Assembly (NCBI GenBank): GCA_028719265.1
Contig: JAQUKF010000002.1
Coordinates: 1-33,342, forward strand
Direction of reading: 5' to 3'
DNA: 33,342 bases
Origin: Candidatus Omnitrophota bacterium
GTDB taxonomy: Bacteria > Omnitrophota > Gorgyraeia > Gygaellales > Profunditerraquicolaceae
Every line of letters starts with the position of its first letter. Positions within the stretch are counted from its first letter, which is position 1. A program made the translations under genes and the position numbers. Shown piece after piece: positions 5,865 through 13,506 of this stretch. The notes below the pieces were generated by a model. It had not been told where the DNA came from. It saw only the letters and a program-made list of their open reading frames with translations, and made no database searches.

Positions 5865-8777
5865 ATGGATAAAGTGCTTGAGGGGTTAAATAAGGAACAG
5901 GTCCAGGCGGTCAAACACGGAGAAGGCCCGCTCTTGATCATAGCCGGGGCGGGGACAGGCAAGACCCGCGTGATCACGCAGCGCATCGCCTGGCTTATAA
6001 ACCAGGGGCTGGCTAAGACCGATGAGATACTGGCCCTTACTTTTACGGATAAGGCGGCTAAGGAGATGCAGGAGAGGGTAGATATCCTGATGCCTTACGG
6101 ATATACGGATATCTGGATATCTACTTTTCATGCTTTCGGCGACCGCATCCTGCGGGAGAACGCTCTGGTTGCGGGCTTAAGCCCGGATTTCAAGGTGCTT
6201 TCCCAGCCGGAAGCGGCGGTATTCTTCCGCGAGCACATTTTTGAATTTGCCCTGGACCATTACCGGCCGTTATCCGAACCTACGCGTTTTATCGAAGCCC
6301 TGATCTCTTTTTTCAGCCGGGCAAAGGACGAAGATGTTTCGGCAAAGGATTACCTGGAGTACGCGCAGGATTTTATGATCCAGTCGAAGGCCTCTCCCGC
6401 CGATGATGCCAGGCTGGAGATGGCGCAGCTGCAAATGGAGGTGGCTTCTGCTTACGTCAAATATCAGGAACTCCTGGCAAAGGAGGGGTTGGTTGATTTC
6501 GGTAATCAATTTTATCTGAGCCTGCAGCTGCTGCGGGAGCATCCCCTGGTTTTGCAGAACTACCGCAAGCAGTTCAGGTATATCCTGGTGGATGAATTCC
6601 AGGATACGAATTTTGCGCAATTCCAGATCGTAAAACTCCTTGCCGGTGCGGCCGGCAATATTACGGTTGTCGCCGATGACGATCAATGCATCTACCGCTG
6701 GCGCGGAGCCGCATACAGTAACGTGCTTAATTTCATGCAGGAGTATCCGTCAGCAGAGAAGATAACCCTTATCCAGAATTACCGCTCAACCCAGCCTATC
6801 CTGGACAGCGCTTACCAGTTGATCCAGCAGAATAACCCGGAACGCTTTGAGATAAAAGCGAAGATCAATAAACATCTTGTGGGTTTGACCAAGGATGGAC
6901 CCAAACCGGAACATTTACATTTCGATACATATTCTTCCGAATCCGATAATGTAGGTAAGATTATACAAGATAAAGTAAGTTTAGGTAAGTTTGAATATAG
7001 AGATTTTGCTATCCTTGTTCGCTCTAATTCTGATGCGCAAGGTTTTATTCAGTCACTGAACATGTTAAATATACCCTGGCAGTTCAGCGGAAATCAAGGC
7101 TTGTATGGAAGGGAAGAGGTAAAAATATGCATTAACTTCCTGCGGGTGATCGCCAGCCCTTCGGATTCCTTGAGCTTATATTACCTGGTCAGTTCGGAGG
7201 TGTATAAGGTGGACCTGGCGGAATTGACATTGTGCAACCATTTCAGCCGCAGGAGGAACCGGCCGCTCTATGACGTGTTGAGCGACCTGGAGAACATACC
7301 GGAGTTAAGCCGGCTGAAGGATGAGACAAAAGAAAAGATAAAGGCGGTGCTGGCGGACATCGAGAAGTTCCTGCGTATCTCCCGCGACGAGACAACCGGC
7401 AGGCTGCTTTACAGCTTCCTTACCGATACGGGCTACCTTAAATATCTGACGCATGAGCCGACAATGGAAAAAGAGACCAAGATCCAGAATATCGCAAAGT
7501 TCTTCAACCAGGTGCGTAATTTTGAGCTGGTGGCAAAAGAGGACAGGGTAATCAGTTTTATCAGGCACCTTAACCTGCTTATCGAGTCGGGGGATGATCC
7601 GCCGACAGTCGAGGCGGACCTGGATCAGGACGCGGTGAATATACTGACTATCCATAAGGCCAAGGGCCTGGAGTTCAAAGTAGTTTTTCTGGTCAGCCTG
7701 GTGCAGGGTAAGTTCCCCCTCCCCAGGCGTTCCCAGCAGATCGAGCTCCCCGACGCCTTGATCAAGGAAGTTTTGCCTACCGGTGATTTCCATGTCCAGG
7801 AGGAACGCAGGCTTTTTTACGTGGGAATGACGCGCGCGCAAAACGAACTCTACCTGACCAGCGCAGAGGATTACGGAGGCAAGAGGCTGCGTAAGGTCAG
7901 CCAGTTCGTGCTTGAGGCCCTGGGGAAGAATCCCGGAGATGAACTCCGGAAGAAGAAAACCGCGGCTATCGAGAGTATCAGGCGTTTTGCGCCGGCCAAA
8001 GAATCCTCCGGGCGCAGCCTGCAGAAGATCCCGGAAGGAAAGCTGATCAGTTTGAGCTATTACCAGATCGATGATTATCTGACCTGCCCATTGAAATACA
8101 AATATGTGAATATACTGCGCGTGCCGATCATGGAGCACCATACAGTAATCTACGGCAGGGCAATGCACGAAGCGGTAAGCCAGTATATGCTGCGTAAGCT
8201 TAACGGGGAAAATTTTCCCCTGGATGGACTTTTGGCCTGCTTTGCGGAAAACTTCGATCCTCAGGGATTCCTTGACGCCAGCCATCAGGAGGAGCGTTTC
8301 CGCCTGGGGAAGGAGGCCCTGGCCAGATTTTATAAAGATGAACAGCAGCGTAAGTCAACCACTAAATTCATAGAAAAAGATTTTTCTTTTATAATCGGCG
8401 ACAATAAGATTACCGGCAGGTTTGACCGTATAGACATAGAAGAAGAGGGGGCGGTAATCATGGATTTCAAGACCTCGGCGATCAAGACCCGGAAGGACGC
8501 GGATAAACGGGTCAAGGAAAGCAAGCAACTGCTTCTTTATGCCCTGGCCTATCAGCATATATTCGGGGTCCTGCCTTATGCCGTAGAGCTATATTTTTTG
8601 GAGTCAGGGATCGTCGGCAGACATAAGCTGGACCCGGGCGACCTGGAAGGGGTTAAAGAAGATGTAATCGAGGTTTCCGCAGGGATACGGCAGCAAAGCT
8701 ATCCGGCAAGACCGGAGTACAAGGCTTGTACCTACTGCGCCTACAACCAGATCTGTCCTCATGCGGTAATCCGCTGA
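5865..8777 (+). CDS. UvrD/PcrA-type SF1 helicase fused to a Cas4/AddB-type Fe-S PD-(D/E)xK nuclease
   Basis: Walker A AGAGTGKT, DEFQD, FAILVRSN, VGMTRA. The C-terminal nuclease has RFDRID...MDFKTS...QLLLYALAY. Four Cys residues are present: the one in YLTCPLKY plus CTYCAYNQIC. Confidence 0.9.
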   Translation: MDKVLEGLNKEQVQAVKHGEGPLLIIAGAGTGKTRVITQRIAWLINQGLAKTDEILALTFTDKAAKEMQERVDILMPYGYTDIWISTFHAFGDRILRENALVAGLSPDFKVLSQPEAAVFFREHIFEFALDHYRPLSEPTRFIEALISFFSRAKDEDVSAKDYLEYAQDFMIQSKASPADDARLEMAQLQMEVASAYVKYQELLAKEGLVDFGNQFYLSLQLLREHPLVLQNYRKQFRYILVDEFQDTNFAQFQIVKLLAGAAGNITVVADDDQCIYRWRGAAYSNVLNFMQEYPSAEKITLIQNYRSTQPILDSAYQLIQQNNPERFEIKAKINKHLVGLTKDGPKPEHLHFDTYSSESDNVGKIIQDKVSLGKFEYRDFAILVRSNSDAQGFIQSLNMLNIPWQFSGNQGLYGREEVKICINFLRVIASPSDSLSLYYLVSSEVYKVDLAELTLCNHFSRRRNRPLYDVLSDLENIPELSRLKDETKEKIKAVLADIEKFLRISRDETTGRLLYSFLTDTGYLKYLTHEPTMEKETKIQNIAKFFNQVRNFELVAKEDRVISFIRHLNLLIESGDDPPTVEADLDQDAVNILTIHKAKGLEFKVVFLVSLVQGKFPLPRRSQQIELPDALIKEVLPTGDFHVQEERRLFYVGMTRAQNELYLTSAEDYGGKRLRKVSQFVLEALGKNPGDELRKKKTAAIESIRRFAPAKESSGRSLQKIPEGKLISLSYYQIDDYLTCPLKYKYVNILRVPIMEHHTVIYGRAMHEAVSQYMLRKLNGENFPLDGLLACFAENFDPQGFLDASHQEERFRLGKEALARFYKDEQQRKSTTKFIEKDFSFIIGDNKITGRFDRIDIEEEGAVIMDFKTSAIKTRKDADKRVKESKQLLLYALAYQHIFGVLPYAVELYFLESGIVGRHKLDPGDLEGVKEDVIEVSAGIRQQSYPARPEYKACTYCAYNQICPHAVIR

Positions 8778-8845
8778 TGGAGAGTGGTCCGCACGCGCTC
8801 AGGCCTGTTTTCGATTATTTGTCCTCAGGCCGCAGCTCATTAAAG

Positions 8846-8874
8846 TTGACAACCCCTCCTATTTGGGATATAGT
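8846..8874 (+). promoter_or_regulatory. Near-consensus sigma70-type promoter upstream of plsC
   Basis: TTGACA (8846-8851), 17-nt spacer, TATAGT (8869-8874). The plsC ATG lies 12 nt downstream. Confidence 0.65.
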
Positions 8875-8886
8875 CAAAACAATAAA

Positions 8887-9606
8887 ATGAATGCAATCAT
8901 CTCTGTGGGAATTTGGCTGGGCAGCGGGTTTTTGACCGTCCTGCTCTTTTTAGAGGTCTTTGTCTTAAGCATATTGTTTTTTCCTTTTGACAAGATGAAG
9001 AAGCTCACGCATGCGCAATGCTTCTGGTGGTCGGATGCGGTGATCGGCTTGAACCCTTTCTGGGACCTTAAGGTCACCGGGTTGGATAATATAGACCGCA
9101 ACAGGACTTACGTGATTATCGCCAACCATCAGAGCCTGGCCGATATCGTCGTTTTATATCAAACAAAAATGCAGTTTAAATGGGTGGCCAAGGCAAGCTT
9201 GTTCAAGGTCCCGTTCATCGGCTGGTGCCTGGGGTTGATCAGGCATATCAAGCTCCTGCGCGGGGATTTTTCCAGTATCAAGGAGATCTACCGTCAGGCA
9301 AGCCGGTGGCTGCAGAAGGATATGTCCGTGTTATTCTTCCCGGAAGGCACGCGCAGCTCAAACGACCAGATGAATGAATTCCAAAACGGGGCTTTCAAAC
9401 TGGCGATCAAAGAAAAAAGGCCGATACTGCCTATCCGCTTGATCGGCACGCGGGATGCGATCCCCAAGGGAAGCTGGATATTCAAGGGGAGGGTTTCTGC
9501 CAAGCTCATCGTCCTGCCTGCGGTGGAAACCGAAGGGCTTAAGCCGGAAAATTTCGCGTCATTAAGGGATGAAGTTCGCAGCAGGATAGAATCCGTCACA
9601 TGTTGA
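8887..9606 (+). CDS. plsC: 1-acyl-sn-glycerol-3-phosphate acyltransferase
   Basis: H-x4-D motif NHQSLAD and the FPEGTRS motif, with an N-terminal TM helix. The listed TTG start at 8863 lies inside the promoter spacer/-10 region, so I prefer the ATG at 8887. Confidence 0.85.
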   Translation: MNAIISVGIWLGSGFLTVLLFLEVFVLSILFFPFDKMKKLTHAQCFWWSDAVIGLNPFWDLKVTGLDNIDRNRTYVIIANHQSLADIVVLYQTKMQFKWVAKASLFKVPFIGWCLGLIRHIKLLRGDFSSIKEIYRQASRWLQKDMSVLFFPEGTRSSNDQMNEFQNGAFKLAIKEKRPILPIRLIGTRDAIPKGSWIFKGRVSAKLIVLPAVETEGLKPENFASLRDEVRSRIESVTC

Positions 9607-10379
9607 GCATACCGGTAAACAAAAGACACCTTTGTTTCATGGTCCTTTTTGTCTTGCTTTCGGGCTGCCGCCATTTGCCGCAGAGAGAGGTTCTTTTCCA
9701 GGCTTCAACCATCCAGGTGCTTTCCGCCGGCGTCTATGACGGGCAGACCGACCTGCGAGAACTTAAGAAAAAAGGGGATTTCGGTCTTGGGACTTTTCAG
9801 GGGCTGGAAGGGGAGATGGTGGCCCTGGACGGTAATTTTTACCAGGTGAAGGCCGACGGGAACGTTTATAGACTGCGCGAAGCTTCAGGGGTACCCTTTG
9901 CCCAGGTTACCTTTTTTGACGCCGATAAGGTATTTACCGCAGAGAACGAGCTGGATTATGCGCAGTTAAGGCGTTATTTAGACGGGTTGTTGGATTCCCG
10001 GAATATCTTTTACGCGGTAAAGATCAGCGGACGCTTCAAATACGTAAAGGTAAGGAGCGTTCCCCGGCAGGCCAAGCCCTATCCGGAATTAGGCCGGGCG
10101 CTGAAGGAAGAAAAGGTTTTTGAATTGCGGGGCATAGAGGGAACAGCAGTAGGGTTCCGCTGTCCCGGATACAGTGAAAACATATTCCCCGGAGGGTATC
10201 ACCTGCATTTTATCAGCCGGGATAAGATAAGCGGCGGCCATCTCCTGGATTTCAGTGTAAGCGGGGCGCGTATAGAGGTAGATCAAACCCCCGATCTTTA
10301 CCTGAGCCTGCCGATGGAGAAGGATTTTCTTGACCTTGAACTTTCCGCCGGTAAAGAAGAGGGAGGCCGGAATGAATAA
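9600..10379 (+). CDS. alsD: Alpha-acetolactate decarboxylase homologue with lipoprotein signal peptide
   Basis: FQASTIQVLSAGVYDGQT...GDFGLGTF..LEGEMVALDG.FYQ and GGYHLHF are typical of AlsD/BudA. The N-terminus LFVLLSGC is a lipobox. The start overlaps the plsC stop by 7 nt. Confidence 0.8.
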   Translation: MLSIPVNKRHLCFMVLFVLLSGCRHLPQREVLFQASTIQVLSAGVYDGQTDLRELKKKGDFGLGTFQGLEGEMVALDGNFYQVKADGNVYRLREASGVPFAQVTFFDADKVFTAENELDYAQLRRYLDGLLDSRNIFYAVKISGRFKYVKVRSVPRQAKPYPELGRALKEEKVFELRGIEGTAVGFRCPGYSENIFPGGYHLHFISRDKISGGHLLDFSVSGARIEVDQTPDLYLSLPMEKDFLDLELSAGKEEGGRNE

Positions 10380-10914
10380 GACATGTAACCTGATCGTGCT
10401 GCTCTGCGCAATAACGATCTGCGTATCGTTCTTCCTTCCCTGGGTGGGTGTTGAGTCGAAAATGGCCGGAGGCATCTCCAGGCTGATCGGAGGTAAAGGA
10501 TATGTCAGCCTGAAGACCATAAGCGGGTTCCAGGTTCCTATCCTGGCCAACGGTCCGGATGCCAAGCTTATGATCAGCATTGTAAAGTTATTCAATCCTG
10601 CATCCGCAGATATACATAAGAGAAGTTGGCTTATCTGGATGGTGCCAGGATTGGCGGTCATAATGGCATTGTTGATCTTATCGCTGGAAAAGAACAGGTG
10701 GGTAAACCTGTCGGCGGGGGTCATGGGGGTGGCTATTTTTTCCCTGGCAGCCTTCCAAATATTGAAGGCGGACCTGGATAAAGTTATTCTGCAGGTGGCG
10801 GTTTTGCCCGGCTTATGGATCACCCTGTGGTCGTATATGGGTATTGGATTAGTCGGTATTTTTAGGTTTTACCTCCAGCGGCCGCCGCGGAGCAGGAGAG
10901 GAGCCCGCAGATGA
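10372..10914 (+). CDS. Hypothetical polytopic membrane protein
   Basis: ATG at 10372 is preceded by GGAGG. The listed start at 10330 overlaps alsD. About four hydrophobic segments and an Arg-rich C-terminus. No family recognised. Confidence 0.7.
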   Translation: MNKTCNLIVLLCAITICVSFFLPWVGVESKMAGGISRLIGGKGYVSLKTISGFQVPILANGPDAKLMISIVKLFNPASADIHKRSWLIWMVPGLAVIMALLILSLEKNRWVNLSAGVMGVAIFSLAAFQILKADLDKVILQVAVLPGLWITLWSYMGIGLVGIFRFYLQRPPRSRRGARR

Positions 10915-11981
10915 AAAAATGGCCAAAGTTCATAATGGTTTTGTCGATGATCCTGCTGGCTGTTTTTTTTGCCGCAGGCGTACTGATAAGGGTGTACGCG
11001 CCCAGGGTTATCGAGAAGCAGATACGGCAGAACTTGAAAGTAAGGGCCAGCCTGGGGAGGATAAGCCTGAATTTTCCCTTTACCATCGTACTTGAAAAGC
11101 TTGAGATCGGGGATCTGGCGAATATCAAGAGAATATCTTTTTCCCCGGATTTGATCGCCCTGGCATTCGGCAAGGTGGTGATCCATGGATTAACGATCAA
11201 TGAACCGGTGATCAACCTTGAGCAGGGGCCCGACGGAAAGCTGAACCTCCCGTTTTCGTCCACTGCCCAGGGTTCCTCCGCCAAGGCGCCGGAGATCTAT
11301 CCGTTGGGGCTTAAAGTGAGGGACGCCAAAATAATATTTACCGACAGGAAGATCAATACGGAAGGTTACCAGCTGATCATTGACAAGCTGAATATAAATA
11401 TTTCCAAGGTTTCGTTTCCCGTTACATCCCTTGCCACAAATTTCAACCTAAGCTGCCGGATGATGAATCCGGAAGGGGTAGTTTTCGGGAATGTACTTTT
11501 TTCCGGCCGGCTCGATTATCCGGCCGGGGATATGGATGCGAAATTAGAGGTGAAGGACATGGATATAACCAATTTTTCCGCATATTACGGTAATTTCATT
11601 TCGCATAAGAAACTGCTTTCGGCGATGCTTAACCTGGATTCGACATTCAAGGCCAGGGATAATGCCTTGAAGATCAGCACGGATTTCAACCTTTCCGGGC
11701 TTGAATATGAACAAGGGGAGAATGCGGCGGCGCTCGACCTGGCCAAGGACGCACTTGATCTCTTTACCGATAGCCAGGGTAATCTGCATTTGACGTTTGA
11801 TATCGATACCAGGCTTGATAATCCCGGTTTGAGCGCAGAGAAGCTAAAGAATGCGATCTTGAAGGCGGCGATGAAGAACCTGGTCAGTCAATCGCCGGAG
11901 CAGCTGGCCAATAAAGTAAGCAACATGATCGATAAGTTCAAGGATTATAAGAAAGAGTTAAAGGATATATTCGGGAGATAA
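10911..11981 (+). CDS. Membrane-anchored AsmA/DUF748-like protein, uncharacterised
   Basis: ATGA overlap with the upstream gene. N-terminal TM anchor. The repetitive beta-rich body begins IEKQIRQNLKVRASLGRISLNFP...ITINEPVINLEQ, which resembles AsmA/DUF748 N-termini. The family call is from memory only. Confidence 0.6.
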   Translation: MKKWPKFIMVLSMILLAVFFAAGVLIRVYAPRVIEKQIRQNLKVRASLGRISLNFPFTIVLEKLEIGDLANIKRISFSPDLIALAFGKVVIHGLTINEPVINLEQGPDGKLNLPFSSTAQGSSAKAPEIYPLGLKVRDAKIIFTDRKINTEGYQLIIDKLNINISKVSFPVTSLATNFNLSCRMMNPEGVVFGNVLFSGRLDYPAGDMDAKLEVKDMDITNFSAYYGNFISHKKLLSAMLNLDSTFKARDNALKISTDFNLSGLEYEQGENAAALDLAKDALDLFTDSQGNLHLTFDIDTRLDNPGLSAEKLKNAILKAAMKNLVSQSPEQLANKVSNMIDKFKDYKKELKDIFGR

Positions 11982-11984
11982 GGG

Positions 11985-12650
11985 ATGGATGAGGCTAAGA
12001 CGAAATCATTGAGAAATATAGAGGAGAGGATGGAAGGCCTGGACAGCAACTCTTTGCGTTATCATATCCTAGACAGCGCCAGGAAGTTCAAGTCTTCATG
12101 GATAGAGCTTGGGCGTTCCTTGTATTCCGTCTGGAAAGACAAAATGTACAAGGAGTGGGGTTATGTGAATTTCGATACTTACGCAAGCCGTGAAATAGGC
12201 ATCCGCAAACAGACGGCTATGAAGCTTCTCAAATCCTACTATTTCCTGGAGAAAGAGGAGCCGCAGTATCTGAAGGGGGATTCCGCGCAGGACAACCCGC
12301 CGGCTAATATCCCCAGTTATGAATCGGTGGATATCCTGCGCCAGGCGAAGAACAAGAAGGCGCTGGACGAAGAGGACTATAATAGCCTCAAGAAGGAAAT
12401 CTTTGAGAAAGGAAGGGACGCGCGGGAGTTGAAAAAGAGCCTGGGGGTGATCATCAGGCAGCGGCAGGAGATGGATCCCGAGGAGGCCCGGGAAAAGAGG
12501 AAGCAGGCGACTGTCAGGAGGATCCTGGGCCAGCTGCGCGCCCTGAAACAGGAGACGGAACTTTCAAAAATGCTTCCCATGCCTATCATCAAAGAGATAG
12601 ATGCCCTGATCAAGAAGATAGATTCGAGCCTTCTCTCGGAGGGGTTGTAG
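11985..12650 (+). CDS. Hypothetical highly charged protein
   Basis: Starts 3 nt after the upstream stop. The N-terminal helical region is W..LGRSLYSVWKDKMYKEWGY.NFDTYASREIGIRKQTAMKLL. The C-terminal half is K/E/R-rich. No family recognised. Confidence 0.65.
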   Translation: MDEAKTKSLRNIEERMEGLDSNSLRYHILDSARKFKSSWIELGRSLYSVWKDKMYKEWGYVNFDTYASREIGIRKQTAMKLLKSYYFLEKEEPQYLKGDSAQDNPPANIPSYESVDILRQAKNKKALDEEDYNSLKKEIFEKGRDARELKKSLGVIIRQRQEMDPEEAREKRKQATVRRILGQLRALKQETELSKMLPMPIIKEIDALIKKIDSSLLSEGL

Positions 12651-12661
12651 GAGATATTTCT

Positions 12662-13075
12662 GTGGCCAAGCTTGCCGGGGGTTTAAGATCTTTGGGAAAA
12701 AAGATGCGCGATCTGGGGGTGCGCGAAGAGGATGTTATAGAGAGCTTTATCCGCTCAAGCGGCCCGGGAGGCCAGAATGTCAATAAAACCTCCACCTGCG
12801 TCTATCTTAAACATCTGCCTACGGGTATAGAGGTAAAATGCCAGAGCCAGCGTTACCAGGCGCTCAACCGCAGTTTGGCCAGGTCCATCCTTTTGGACAA
12901 GATAGAAGAGGCATTTAGGCGGGATGCCCTGCGCAGGAGATCCCTCCAGGCCAAGGCAATGCGCCAGAGACGCAAGATGCCGAAGAGGCTGAAGTTGAGG
13001 ATCCTTGAAGGGAAGAGGAGGCATTCCGAAAAGAAATCCCTGCGCAAAAAAATCCGAGAAATTGAAGTTGCATAA
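12662..13075 (+). CDS. arfB: ArfB-like GGQ-domain peptidyl-tRNA hydrolase (ribosome rescue factor)
   Basis: SSGPGGQNVNKTST motif, about 137 aa, strongly basic C-terminal tail as in ArfB/YaeJ. GTG start 8 nt after AGGAG. Confidence 0.75.
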   Translation: MAKLAGGLRSLGKKMRDLGVREEDVIESFIRSSGPGGQNVNKTSTCVYLKHLPTGIEVKCQSQRYQALNRSLARSILLDKIEEAFRRDALRRRSLQAKAMRQRRKMPKRLKLRILEGKRRHSEKKSLRKKIREIEVA

Positions 13076-13137
13076 GCGGATTCTTATGGTAAAATATTCA
13101 TAATATCAGGAACTTATCGGCATATTCATTAAATCCA

Positions 13138-13166
13138 TTGACTTGCCGGGCGAGTTATCGTATAAT
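13138..13166 (+). promoter_or_regulatory. Consensus sigma70-type promoter of rpsO-pnp
   Basis: TTGACT (13138-13143), 17-nt spacer, TATAAT (13161-13166). AT-rich sequence lies upstream. SD AGGGAGGGA precedes the TTG start at 13196. Confidence 0.75.
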
Positions 13167-13195
13167 ATTCCGAATTAGAAAGGGAGGGAAGAAAA

Positions 13196-13465
13196 TTGGT
13201 TTTGGTAAAAGAAAAAAAAGCGAAGTTGATTAATGATTTTAAGGTGCACGCCCGGGATACCGGTTCCGCGGAGGTCCAGATAGCCATCCTGACCGAGAGG
13301 ATCAACAGCCTGGGTGAGCATTTTAAATCGCATAAAAAGGATCTGCATTCTCGCCGCGGGCTGCTCTTATTGGTAGGCAGACGCCGCAGCCTGCTCAAAT
13401 ATCTCAAGGATAAGAATTTCAAGAAGTACGAAGAGGTTTTGGGAAAGCTTAACTTGAGAAAGTAA
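13196..13465 (+). CDS. rpsO: 30S ribosomal protein S15
   Basis: 89 aa. [40 protein letters not shown]. Confidence 0.97.
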   Translation: MVLVKEKKAKLINDFKVHARDTGSAEVQIAILTERINSLGEHFKSHKKDLHSRRGLLLLVGRRRSLLKYLKDKNFKKYEEVLGKLNLRK

Positions 13466-13506
13466 GGCCCCTTAACATTTCACCTATTAAAAAGAAAGAG
13501 TTAATA

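Noticed and set aside
7305-8285. 326-aa antisense ORF inside the helicase-nuclease gene.
   Set aside because: The sense frame carries clear helicase and nuclease motifs. The antisense product has no recognisable motifs, no SD and a low-complexity composition.
10089-10823. 244-aa minus-strand ORF spanning the alsD end and the membrane protein gene.
   Set aside because: The plus-strand products have coherent AlsD motifs and TM helices with coupled starts. The antisense translation has no recognisable features.
13084-13135. AT-rich inverted repeat TTATG-10 nt-CATAA and a repeated ATATTCAT, considered as a dif-like Xer site.
   Set aside because: The arm orientation and spacing do not fit the CATAA-6 nt-TTATG dif core. 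Its position just upstream of the rpsO -35 hexamer fits an UP-element-like AT tract.
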